Source: an uncultured Veillonellaceae bacterium
GTDB taxonomy: Bacteria; Bacillota; Negativicutes; JARBTT01
Direction: 5' to 3'
Assembly: GCA_963805085.1 (NCBI GenBank)
Contig: CAWDTA010000004.1
Span: 352,001 to 416,000, forward strand
Length of the DNA stretch: 64,000 nucleotides
Numbering within the stretch: position 1 is the stretch's first letter; each line of letters begins with the position of its first letter. The notes beneath the pieces were generated by a model, which was given only the letters and a program-made list of their open reading frames with translations, was not told where the DNA came from and did no database searches. Below are positions 1 to 9,499 of the stretch, piece after piece. The position numbers and the translations under genes are program-made.

Positions 1-723
1 TCTGCTAACGCCAATAAAATCGTTGAGCAATCCTCACAAACATCCGAAAAAGCCACCGAAGGCAATCAATCCGTAAATAAAGCAGTAAATCAAATGACTT
101 CTATCGAAGAAACGGTTACTTCCTCCGCCGTGGTAGTAGCGAAATTAGGAGAACGTTCCAAAGAGATCGGTCAAATTGTCGATACTATTTCCGGTATTGC
201 TGGACAAACAAACTTATTAGCGTTAAATGCCGCAATTGAAGCTGCGCGCGCTGGTGAACAAGGGCGCGGTTTCGCTGTAGTCGCTGAAGAGGTAAGAAAA
301 CTTGCTGAACAATCCCAAGATGCAGCCAAACAAATCGCTGAATTGATTAGTGAAATTCAACAAGATACCGATAAAGCCGTCAGTGCCATGAGTGATGGTA
401 CTAGAGAGGTTAAACTCGGAACTGAAGTTGTGAATTCATCAGGGAAAGCTTTCCAAGAAATATCAATTGAAATCAAGGAAGTATCCGAACAAATAAGAAA
501 AATATCCGATGAAATCGATCAAGTTGCTACTGGAAGTCAGAAAATCGTTCAATCTGTGACTCAAATTGACGAACTTAGCAAGCAAACCTCAGGAGAAACA
601 CAAACAGTGTCCGCAGCAACAGAGGAGCAATCAGCCTCGATGGAAGAAATCGCTTCCTCTAGCCAAGCACTCGCTAATTTAGCGATGAAACTTAGAGAAG
701 CAGTTGCCAAATTCCAAATGTAA
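1..723 (+). CDS. Methyl-accepting chemotaxis protein, C-terminal signalling domain (5'-truncated by window edge)
   Basis: Frame open from base 1; MCP hairpin motif [40 protein letters not shown]. Confidence 0.95.
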   Translation, partial: SANANKIVEQSSQTSEKATEGNQSVNKAVNQMTSIEETVTSSAVVVAKLGERSKEIGQIVDTISGIAGQTNLLALNAAIEAARAGEQGRGFAVVAEEVRKLAEQSQDAAKQIAELISEIQQDTDKAVSAMSDGTREVKLGTEVVNSSGKAFQEISIEIKEVSEQIRKISDEIDQVATGSQKIVQSVTQIDELSKQTSGETQTVSAATEEQSASMEEIASSSQALANLAMKLREAVAKFQM

Positions 724-793
724 TAAAAAAAATATGAAGCATCTTCAAAGCAATATTATACCTTGTACTTTACAACGCCATTAAAACAAAACC

Positions 794-826
794 AGCCGTT
801 GACTACTTTTTTAGTAGTCAACGGCT
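794..826. terminator. Hairpin between convergent genes (copy A of repeat family)
   Basis: AGCCGTTGACTACT-TTTTT-AGTAGTCAACGGCT perfect 14-bp stem. Confidence 0.8.
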
Positions 827-903
827 TAAATTTTTAACCCATATTTGCTTTTCTATAATAACACGATGGTATAGTTACGATATTGCCTATCCAATCACAA
901 CAA

Positions 904-2184
904 TTAATCTTCCAACATAATTTTGATAATCTCCGAATCTGTAGTTCTCATACCATTACATGCAATTCGACCAACAGCGGTAATAGTTTCTTCGATATCA
1001 TTTTTTAAAATACCATTGCCAGGTTGATAATATCTTCCATTCACAGCTAACACATGTGACATATATGCAGCATCTAGAGCAGAAGCAATTTTAGCGGCAC
1101 AAGATGGTTTGGCCCCATCGCATATAATTCCTGATACATTGGCTAGTGTATTACTAATCGTTAAATTAACTTCTTCCAAGCTACCACCTGCAAGATAAGT
1201 TATCGCTGCTCCGCTGGAGCAAGAGGCGCTAACACCCCCACAGAAAGCCGATAATCGACCTATCAATGTTTTCTGGTGAATTGTCAATAAGTTAGAAAAC
1301 ACTAGTCCCCTATATAGTTTTTCTTCCGATAATTTATGTCCTCTGGCATAAACAATAACAGGAATTGATGTCGCAATTCCTTGATTACCACTACCAGAAT
1401 TCGTTATAACCGGCAATGCACAACCACTCATTCTAGCCTCTGAGGCAGCAGCAGTATAAGCTTTCATCTTGACTCGTAATGGCTCATCATTGCACCCTAT
1501 ATCTAATAATGTCTGACCGATATTTACTCCGTAGTCTCCTGCTAAGCCTTCCTCCGCAATTTTGATATTATAATCAATTTGTTTTGTAATAAGCTCACCC
1601 AATGCTTCCAAAGGAACAGTATTAGCAAATTCATAAATATCTTTTACGCTAAGTACACTTCGATCAGTAAAACTACCTAGATATTTGCTAGAATCGTCAT
1701 CATTTTGATAAATAATTTTACCATTTTTTTCAATTTTACATATATTGGTATGATCATACTTAATTTCTACTATAACAGAGTCTTGCCCAGCTTTTACTAT
1801 CATAATTAGATGCAGGTTGATTTCAGTTTCCAATAATTCTAAATCACCAAAATTTCGATCCAATAATTTCTTTACCACAACCAAATCTTCTTTCGTCAAT
1901 TGTGATAAAACTTCCATTTTTTTATTTACTTTACCACCAACTAAGCCTGCCAACATACTAGCCCTAATACCTGTCAATCCATCTGTATTAGGTACGGTGA
2001 CACTTTTAACATTTTTTAAAATATTCCCACTGCATTTCAACAAAACTTTCTCGGGAAAATGACCTAACATTTCTCTTGCTTTAGCGGCAATATATGCAAT
2101 AGCAATTGGCTCTGTACAGCCTAATGCCGGAACAAGTTCTTCCTTTAAGATCTCAATATAATTGTTGCTGATTTTAGTATCCAT
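904..2184 (-). CDS. L-cysteine desulfidase CyuA/YhaM-like Fe-S lyase (serine dehydratase alpha family)
   Basis: PALGCTEP, NSGSGNQG, GRLSAFCG, ICDGAKPSCA motifs; GGAGG RBS before ATG at 2184 (ORF track start 2202). Confidence 0.85.
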   Translation of the reverse strand: MDTKISNNYIEILKEELVPALGCTEPIAIAYIAAKAREMLGHFPEKVLLKCSGNILKNVKSVTVPNTDGLTGIRASMLAGLVGGKVNKKMEVLSQLTKEDLVVVKKLLDRNFGDLELLETEINLHLIMIVKAGQDSVIVEIKYDHTNICKIEKNGKIIYQNDDDSSKYLGSFTDRSVLSVKDIYEFANTVPLEALGELITKQIDYNIKIAEEGLAGDYGVNIGQTLLDIGCNDEPLRVKMKAYTAAASEARMSGCALPVITNSGSGNQGIATSIPVIVYARGHKLSEEKLYRGLVFSNLLTIHQKTLIGRLSAFCGGVSASCSSGAAITYLAGGSLEEVNLTISNTLANVSGIICDGAKPSCAAKIASALDAAYMSHVLAVNGRYYQPGNGILKNDIEETITAVGRIACNGMRTTDSEIIKIMLED

Positions 2185-2300
2185 CTTTACTGCCACCTCC
2201 ATTTACTTTTACTCTTACAAAAAAAAAAGAGATTTATAAACTACATAAACATATATTCTACAATAGCAGTTAAAAGATATCAGTAAAGCTATCTTACTTA

Positions 2301-2627
2301 CTATTTACTTTTCTTTAATTCATTAATTTCATTTTGCATACAAATCATTTTTTCAATGATATCTTTTGCCAGAATAGAAGTCATTAAATGATCTTGCGCA
2401 TGTATCATTAATAAACTAAGTTCAGTCTTATCTCCACTAGATTCTTTCTGAATTAATTCTGTTTGAATTTTATGTGCTTCTAATAGCCCTTCCTTTGCCA
2501 TACATACAAAACTATTCGCTTTATCCATATTGCCATTTTGCGCTGCCGCTAAAGCTTCAAAAACAGTACTTCTTGCATCGCCCGAATTGGTGATTAATTG
2601 AAAAATTCTCAATGTTAATTCGTCCAT
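2301..2627 (-). CDS. PTS lactose/cellobiose family EIIA
   Basis: SGDARS and LLMIHAQDHLM motifs; AGGAGG RBS. Confidence 0.93.
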   Translation of the reverse strand: MDELTLRIFQLITNSGDARSTVFEALAAAQNGNMDKANSFVCMAKEGLLEAHKIQTELIQKESSGDKTELSLLMIHAQDHLMTSILAKDIIEKMICMQNEINELKKSK

Positions 2628-2662
2628 AATAACCTCCTATTAAAAATCGTTGCCATAATATA

Positions 2663-2723
2663 AACAATCTTCCTTTCTGATCTAAATAGTTTTATTACCA
2701 TTCTTGCAGTAAGGAAGATTGTT
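2663..2723. other. 13-bp intergenic inverted repeat (possible mRNA stem-loop)
   Basis: AACAATCTTCCTT ... AAGGAAGATTGTT between the GH4 and EIIA genes. Confidence 0.5.
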
Positions 2724-2782
2724 ATCCTATCCTATCTACATAACTATATCATTTCTAACAATGCCCAAATATCCTTTTTGCT

Positions 2783-4129
2783 TTATAATGAATTATTTTT
2801 TTCTATTTCTTCTATTACTTTTGTAAATTGTGGCAAATGATCCTTATGTGCTAATAACATTTCATTTAGTATCGTTTTAGCAATTTTGCCAGACGGAATT
2901 AACGGATTAAGAATAAATGCTTGTAAAGCTTTCGCATAACTGCCAGTAACAGCAGCTTCAACCGTTACTTCTTCCATAGCTTTCATCAATTGCACCATAC
3001 CACGCATAGCAGGTTTAAATTTTCCAAAAGTGATCGGTCTAGGTCCAATACCTGTTATAATACTACTTACTTCTACAACACATCCATAGGGTAAGTCTGT
3101 TAATGCTCCATTATTACGAGTGCTTACAACCATCTCAGTCTTTTTATTGTTAAAAATCGAACAAATAAGTTCACATGCAGCATCCGAATAATGAGCTCCA
3201 CCACGCTTACTTAATTGTTCTGGTTTTTCTTTTAGATTTGGATCTTTGTATAATTCAAATAACCCATCTTCTAATTTTTTTACTACCTCTGCACGTGTAG
3301 TGTTTTTTTCATATTCTTCCAATTCTTTATTTACCATATCATCAGTCAAATAATAATACTGATGATAGCTGCATGGTAACATTCCTAAATCACGAATCTG
3401 TTCTTCAAAGAAAGGAACAAAATCAATATTTTCCATCGTACTTTCTTTCGCTTCAAACAATTTTTCCATGACTAATGCTGTTAAATCCTCACCAGATTTG
3501 TCATATATTTTGTGCCAATGATGATGATTCAAGCCTGCATATTGGAATATTAATTCATCCGGTGATTTTTCAATTAGTTTAGACTCACGAACATTATGAT
3601 TTATTGGGACATTGCACAAACCAACCACTTTTTCAAAATTCCCATAATTAAGTACTGCTTCTGTTATCATCCCAGATGGATTTGTGAAATTAACAAGCCA
3701 TGCATTAGGACATAATTTTTTCATATCATTAACAATATCTAGAATTACAGGTATTGTCCTCAAAGCCTTAAAAATTCCTCCAGCTCCATTTGTCTCTTGT
3801 CCTAATACACCATATTTTAATGGTATTCGCTCATCTTTAATTCTAGCCTCTAATAATCCAACCCGAAATTGAGTAGATACAAAATCAGCATCTTTTAATG
3901 CTTCTTTTCTATCCAAAGATAAATGAATCTCCCAATCCAATCCAGCTTTTTCGACCATGCGTTTTGCTAGATTACCGACAATTTCTAATTTTTCTTTTCC
4001 AGCTTCAATATCAACCAACCAAATTTCCTTTATTGGCAACTGATCTTTTCTAACGATAAATCCTTCTATCAACTCTGGAGTATAGCTTGATCCTCCTCCA
4101 ATAGTAACAATTTTAATTTTTTTCATCAT
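2783..4129 (-). CDS. celF: 6-phospho-beta-glucosidase, GH4 (CelF/ChbF/LicH type)
   Basis: KIVTIGGGSSYTPE, GQETNGAGG, NFTNP, GLCNVP, GLNH motifs. Confidence 0.93.
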   Translation of the reverse strand: MMKKIKIVTIGGGSSYTPELIEGFIVRKDQLPIKEIWLVDIEAGKEKLEIVGNLAKRMVEKAGLDWEIHLSLDRKEALKDADFVSTQFRVGLLEARIKDERIPLKYGVLGQETNGAGGIFKALRTIPVILDIVNDMKKLCPNAWLVNFTNPSGMITEAVLNYGNFEKVVGLCNVPINHNVRESKLIEKSPDELIFQYAGLNHHHWHKIYDKSGEDLTALVMEKLFEAKESTMENIDFVPFFEEQIRDLGMLPCSYHQYYYLTDDMVNKELEEYEKNTTRAEVVKKLEDGLFELYKDPNLKEKPEQLSKRGGAHYSDAACELICSIFNNKKTEMVVSTRNNGALTDLPYGCVVEVSSIITGIGPRPITFGKFKPAMRGMVQLMKAMEEVTVEAAVTGSYAKALQAFILNPLIPSGKIAKTILNEMLLAHKDHLPQFTKVIEEIEKNNSL

Positions 4130-4176
4130 ATTTTCCTCACCTTATTAATTTTTCTGGATCATCCATTATAGAAATC

Positions 4177-5568
4177 TTATTTAACCACGTCATTAGAATC
4201 CTCAGTTTCTTGTTTTATACATTGTTTCTCATAAATTTTAAAGAATGGATAATATATTGCAAAATCGATTACAATTAAAAACAATATCAATACGGCTGCA
4301 CGCCAATCCATGGTAGCAAGGAAGGCACCTATAGGTGCAGGCGTTGTCCATGGCGCAGTAACAAAAGTAGCACCGACCATTCCCATCTTAGTAACAGTAT
4401 AGGCAATAACACCATTAATCCCCTGAATAAATACAAAAGGTAAACATAAGATAGGATTAAAAACCAATGGCAGACCAAAAATAATCGGTTCATTAATATT
4501 AAATAAACCAGGCAATAATCCGATACTGCCTATTCCCTTAAGTTGCTTTGATTTACTCCACAATAACATAAAGACTAATGCTAAAGTAGCACCAGAGCCA
4601 CCTAATTGCATATAGAAATCTTGAAATGGCGTAGTATAAATATGTTCTAAAGGCAATCCTGCAATTTTATCAGAAGCATTCACCAACAGATTACTATCTA
4701 AGAACGGTCTACTTACTCCACCTATAATTGCAGGCCCATGTAATCCTATAAACCACAATACATTCATCATAGTCGCTATTATAAATGTCCCCCCCGCACT
4801 ATCTACAGCCCCGACAAATGGCGCTAGAGCTTTCATAATAGCTTCTGGTACAAGCATTCCAAAACTTAATTTACATAATAAACCAATTACATGAAAACCA
4901 AATACACAAATAATTAATGGAATTAGTAATTCAAAAGAAGAAGCAACTGCTGGAGGTACACCTTTTGGCATTTTTATTACAATGTTTTTCTTTTTTAACC
5001 ACCGAGCAATCTCAACAACTAACAGTCCTACCAGAATTGCAGTAAACATCCCTTTAGCATCCATAAACTTTAAAGGTAAAGCATCTTGCCCTAATTTTGT
5101 TATTAAGGGATAGCCCATACTATCATTTATTTTAGAAAGAACTACTACAGTTTCAGAAGGTGCCGCAATCAACAAAAAAGTTGCAGCTGCAGTCATCGCA
5201 CCAGAAAGTGGATTCATCTTGTAAGAAATTGATAAATTATACCCTACTGCCATAGCAACAAATAAAGACATAATTCCCATAGTCATATTAAATGGTGCCA
5301 GAATCGCTGCCATATTAGCATTTGCCCAGCTATGCCACATTAAAAGCATTTGAATAAAAATATTCGTACTATCATTTACTCGAGCAGGATCAATTGGTGG
5401 AAAAGCCATGATCAAGCTTATCCCGCCAACAATCGTCAATGGAACAGAAGCTATAACGCCATTACGTACGGCTAAAATATGCTTTTGGTTAGCGAAAGAA
5501 GCAGCCAATGGTCCAATTTTTACTTCTAAAAATTGACTAAACTTTTCAAAAATACTCATTTGATTCAT
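4177..5568 (-). CDS. PTS cellobiose-family EIIC
   Basis: LWFIGLHG, GGSGATL, FNINEPIIFGLP, PWTTPAPIG, IYYPFFK motifs. Confidence 0.95.
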   Translation of the reverse strand: MNQMSIFEKFSQFLEVKIGPLAASFANQKHILAVRNGVIASVPLTIVGGISLIMAFPPIDPARVNDSTNIFIQMLLMWHSWANANMAAILAPFNMTMGIMSLFVAMAVGYNLSISYKMNPLSGAMTAAATFLLIAAPSETVVVLSKINDSMGYPLITKLGQDALPLKFMDAKGMFTAILVGLLVVEIARWLKKKNIVIKMPKGVPPAVASSFELLIPLIICVFGFHVIGLLCKLSFGMLVPEAIMKALAPFVGAVDSAGGTFIIATMMNVLWFIGLHGPAIIGGVSRPFLDSNLLVNASDKIAGLPLEHIYTTPFQDFYMQLGGSGATLALVFMLLWSKSKQLKGIGSIGLLPGLFNINEPIIFGLPLVFNPILCLPFVFIQGINGVIAYTVTKMGMVGATFVTAPWTTPAPIGAFLATMDWRAAVLILFLIVIDFAIYYPFFKIYEKQCIKQETEDSNDVVK

Positions 5569-5579
5569 CTTCTTACTCC

Positions 5580-5888
5580 TTACATCTTATTTTTATATAA
5601 CTCTTTAGCAGCCTGCAAAATTTTATCGCCTCTACAACGCCCATAATCCATGGTGTCAATTACCCCCACAGGAATATTTGCCCCTGCAACCTCTTGAAAC
5701 TCATCCTTTTTAAATCGAACTTGCGGGCCTAATAATACAACATCATATTCACTTACCACATCATGAAATTGCTCAGATGGCTCAGCGGAAATTACCCAAT
5801 CTTTTTCTTCTTCACTTAAAGCATCTTGCATGCTTTCTGCAACTAAACTAGTAGACATCCCGGCAGCGCAAACTAATAATATTTTCAT
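5580..5888 (-). CDS. PTS cellobiose-family EIIB
   Basis: KILLVCAAGMSTS, VLLGPQVRF. Confidence 0.95.
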   Translation of the reverse strand: MKILLVCAAGMSTSLVAESMQDALSEEEKDWVISAEPSEQFHDVVSEYDVVLLGPQVRFKKDEFQEVAGANIPVGVIDTMDYGRCRGDKILQAAKELYKNKM

Positions 5889-5935
5889 ATCTATATTCCT
5901 CTTTTCTATATAAATTTCTCTCCACTATATACTTA

Positions 5936-5952
5936 TGCAAATATCATGCCAA
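5936..5952 (-). promoter_or_regulatory. Sigma54 (-24/-12) promoter of the PTS operon
   Basis: Minus strand TTGGCATGATATTTGCA, GG-N10-GC spacing, next to a sigma54 activator gene. Confidence 0.85.
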
Positions 5953-5962
5953 CTTTTAAAAT

Positions 5963-6005
5963 AAAAAAAAGTGAGAGTTTTCCTAAAGAAAGCACCTCAC
6001 TTTTT
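5963..6005 (-). terminator. Intrinsic terminator of the activator gene
   Basis: AAAAAGTGAG...CTCACTTTTT stem with U-run on minus strand. Confidence 0.6.
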
Positions 6006-6015
6006 CACAGTTAAA

Positions 6016-6077
6016 CATACGCTATTAATACACTATTGTTTTTTTCACTATTAATCATACACTATCAATACACTAAG
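6016..6077. promoter_or_regulatory. Candidate upstream activating sequence (tandem repeats)
   Basis: CATACGCTATTAATACACTATT and CATACACTATCAATACACTAAG, 40 bp apart, upstream of the sigma54 promoter. Confidence 0.5.
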
Positions 6078-8829
6078 ACTGTTTTATAATTTGTAAAATA
6101 AAACAAATCTCATCAATATTAATGTCAATCGAATATATTTTTTCAATAGTAGATAGCATCTGCTTTATTTTATCAATATCTACAATATATTTTTGCAACA
6201 TATCTTTTTTATTTTTACACTCACGGGTTTTTTTACCATCCAACAAAGCATCAATCGCACAAGTTACATGAAAAATCAATCCTACCATGGTATCTTTATC
6301 TAAAAAAACATGCAAATCATCTTCCAAACTTTTCATAAATAAATCAAAATATTGTTTAAATTCATCCACATCAATGTGTCTTAATTTTTCTTTAATTGCA
6401 TCAAAGACTTGATTTTTAATTTTAATCATGTCCACTGTACTAACCTCTGTAATAACTTGTGCATTTTTCACTAAATTCCGAATTTTATCATAACGATTTA
6501 ACATAATCAAATCCGATAACGAAATAAATGGAATCCCATAAAAATGTGGGTTTATTGTGCCTACAATTGCAACAATTGTACGATCATTTGCAACTTTTTG
6601 TAATCTCTTTTCTAGCTCATGAGGATCACTAATGGACATAGGTAAAATTTCTACATGATCATCTTTAAAATCCACATTATCTTCAATTAAGTTTTTAATT
6701 TTCACAGCACTACCTTCGCCAGTCACACAAAGGGTAATAATCACAAATTCACTATTTATTTTAAAATCCTTAAATAATTCTGTACCATAACTTAATGACA
6801 TTGGAACTTTATCACGAATTGATTGACATATAATATCAATGTTATTTTCTACCTCTACTTGCCGTGCAACCTCTAATGCCATAACAGTAGTAACTAAATC
6901 AATGACTCGCAAATCAATTTTTAATTCTTCACTAATTAACTCACCAAAGGTTCCAAGAGATCCCATATCAACAAGTAAAATCACACTGCTAGGATTATTA
7001 ACTTTTATTAATTGTTTAAGTTCCTCATAACAAACTTTTGAGCTTTTATCTAGATTCATATCATAAGCTAGCACAGACTGAATTCCCAACAAGCAATTAA
7101 CCACTTCAGCCATTGAACTTGCTGTACTTCTACCATGCATAGCAATAACTAACAATGGATGATTTTTCTGGTATTCGCCCTCTATTTTATCAATACTTAA
7201 GAACATTGCAATAAAGGCAACTTCCTCGACAGGTATTTTCACATCATATTCGTGCTCTAACTTACGACAATAATCATGTACAACTTTAAATTCTTCCGGA
7301 TACTTTTCTAGAATTTCTCCAAATTTATGGTTAATGATTGGTTTTCCAATTCGCATCCTTTCTAAGCTAGCCTGCATATGTAAACACAAGCTATGGAAAA
7401 CTTTCACAGGAAAAACTTTATGCAATTCTTTTCCAGCATAACCTAACAAACCATCAACAAATTTAATCGTATTTTCATTTACAATTTTAGAAATTTCAAT
7501 TGTATAGTCTTCAAAATTTCTGATATATTTGTTAAAATAACCTTCAATTTCCGTAACCATTATAAGTCGAATATCTTCTTCACTATATTGACGTCTATGC
7601 AACTCTTCCAATTTTTTTTCAATCTGCCCATAAAAGTTATTTTTATATTTATCTATATGTTTTTCATTAAAAGATCCTAATTCTTTATCAGTAAAAGAAA
7701 ACAATTGCTTATCCTGAAGGATTTCTTCTATCTTTTCAGAATGATCTTTCAGGTACAACATTCCTTGTTTAACATAATCAGGGAGGTGATGTAATTCAAT
7801 TGTAACTTTTTTTTGCATCTCACTAATACAATCTAGAAAGGCATTTGCACAGGTTAATTTAATATCACTTTTTAATTGGCCTACATTTCCTATACACGGA
7901 TATAATAATAAGCTTTTTATCACTTCATCATTTACAATGATTCGCCTATTTACCTGTCGCGACTCTTTCTGAAAAAAATCACTTATTAACAAAAATCGTT
8001 CTTTCAAAGTCCGCTCTTTCAATGATGAAATATAAATCGTCATAGGAATTCTGCGTTTAAATGTTTGCAATAAAGACGTATCTACTTGTTCTGTAGTCGC
8101 ACACAACAACAGTACGTTGACTTTCTTTTTTACTGTATCTCCCAACGGACAAAATTCACCTTTATCTATTAAATAAAATAAAAGTTCTTGCCCCTCGGCT
8201 GGCAAACGATGAATTTCATCTAAAAATAGTACTCCTCCATCAGCTTTTTCAACTATACCGCGATGTTCTCTATCCGCACCAGTATATGCACCTTTTTTAT
8301 ATCCAAATAATTGTCCTATGAGTAATTGTGGATTATTTGAATAATCTGCACAATTAAATTCAATAAACGGAGAATTCAAAGGCATCACACCATTTTCAAT
8401 AGCAAATTTATGCATTAAGCTAGCAAACATGGTTTTTCCAACACCTGTCGGTCCTAAAATTAAAGTGTGAATTCCATTAGGGGGATAAAGCACAGCAGCC
8501 TTTGCCTGACGAATTGGCTTTTTTAAACTTTCACTACTCCCAATCAATGTAGAAAAACTAGTCTCATTACCAGTCATATATATTGTTTTTTCTACTTTCC
8601 CAGAAACACCATATTTAACTGGACGACCATCCATTTTTATAAGTCGCCCTTTTCGATAGAGCTTATTTAGTATAGCACTCACATTACTCCGAAGTACTCC
8701 TATTTGCTCAGCAATCTCCTTAGTTGTATGCCCTATTATCACTTGTTCGTTTTTATTTTTTGCACTCTCGGCCACTAGAAATCCAAATACCTTTTCTTCT
8801 AAATTTTGCTCCCCCATAAAATCCTCCAT
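6073..8829 (-). CDS. LevR/CelR-type sigma54-dependent PRD-containing transcriptional activator
   Basis: N-terminal HTH, Walker A GPTGVGKT, GAYTGA loop, FLDEIHRL, PRD domains, EIIA-Man-like AMHG, EIIB-like CVTGEGSA. Confidence 0.92.
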   Translation of the reverse strand: MEDFMGEQNLEEKVFGFLVAESAKNKNEQVIIGHTTKEIAEQIGVLRSNVSAILNKLYRKGRLIKMDGRPVKYGVSGKVEKTIYMTGNETSFSTLIGSSESLKKPIRQAKAAVLYPPNGIHTLILGPTGVGKTMFASLMHKFAIENGVMPLNSPFIEFNCADYSNNPQLLIGQLFGYKKGAYTGADREHRGIVEKADGGVLFLDEIHRLPAEGQELLFYLIDKGEFCPLGDTVKKKVNVLLLCATTEQVDTSLLQTFKRRIPMTIYISSLKERTLKERFLLISDFFQKESRQVNRRIIVNDEVIKSLLLYPCIGNVGQLKSDIKLTCANAFLDCISEMQKKVTIELHHLPDYVKQGMLYLKDHSEKIEEILQDKQLFSFTDKELGSFNEKHIDKYKNNFYGQIEKKLEELHRRQYSEEDIRLIMVTEIEGYFNKYIRNFEDYTIEISKIVNENTIKFVDGLLGYAGKELHKVFPVKVFHSLCLHMQASLERMRIGKPIINHKFGEILEKYPEEFKVVHDYCRKLEHEYDVKIPVEEVAFIAMFLSIDKIEGEYQKNHPLLVIAMHGRSTASSMAEVVNCLLGIQSVLAYDMNLDKSSKVCYEELKQLIKVNNPSSVILLVDMGSLGTFGELISEELKIDLRVIDLVTTVMALEVARQVEVENNIDIICQSIRDKVPMSLSYGTELFKDFKINSEFVIITLCVTGEGSAVKIKNLIEDNVDFKDDHVEILPMSISDPHELEKRLQKVANDRTIVAIVGTINPHFYGIPFISLSDLIMLNRYDKIRNLVKNAQVITEVSTVDMIKIKNQVFDAIKEKLRHIDVDEFKQYFDLFMKSLEDDLHVFLDKDTMVGLIFHVTCAIDALLDGKKTRECKNKKDMLQKYIVDIDKIKQMLSTIEKIYSIDINIDEICFILQIIKQS

Positions 8830-9019
8830 ACTACCGAAAAAACTATCTAATTATTTTCATTATATCATTCTTTTCTTCACCATTCTTTAGTTTTAACAGT
8901 ATCTTTATAAAATAACCGCCAGTTTCAGACCTTAGATAACGAAATAGCTACTTCCCCACAGTAACTGCTTCTTTTATATCTGAATACAAAATCATTCATC
9001 AAATTAACTTAAGCCTGAA

Positions 9020-9335
9020 TTCTTCATTGAGAAAGCCATCATAACAAACCAGTGGATGATAGCCATCTGCTGAGTAATGATAGTTAAAAGCTTCGCCTTT
9101 CTGCTTTCCATAGATTAGAAGAAGCGTTGAATCAAAATCCAGAAGAAGGCCTGATGGATAGGCAATAGAATAAATCCGTTTGCGTAAATTACCTGTAATT
9201 CCATGAAGTTGCTCCAATGTAAATTCGTCTAAACGAGATCCAAAGCGTGAAATAGTAGGCTGAGAAGCAGTCGACTTTTTCTAAGACAAGTTGTGAAAAC
9301 AGGATCACTAGAAAGTTCATCAGATACATCGTCGC
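9020..9335 (-). pseudogene. IS1380-family transposase internal fragment, frameshifted
   Basis: Across frames: DDVSDELSSDPVF, ASQPTISRF, LRKRIYSI, LLDFDSTLL..YGKQKGEAFNYHY..GYHPLVCYDG. Confidence 0.8.
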
Positions 9336-9345
9336 TAAATTAAAT

Positions 9346-9380
9346 AAGCAATTGACAACTTTTTTAGTAGTCAATGGCTT
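9346..9380. repeat. Degenerate copy B of the 794-826 hairpin
   Basis: AAGCAATTGACAACTTTTTTAGTAGTCAATGGCTT. Confidence 0.75.
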
Positions 9381-9499
9381 ATTTTTTACCCATCTCCGAT
9401 TTCCCCTTGCTCTATAGCATAATTCGCCTAGAAACTCTGAGAAAATGGAACATATTTTTACATAATTGAGCAAAGACTACATTAATCGCTTAAATAACA

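Noticed and set aside
9189-9473. 94-aa minus-strand ORF
   Set aside because: Runs through a hairpin repeat and off-frame IS1380 sequence; no RBS.
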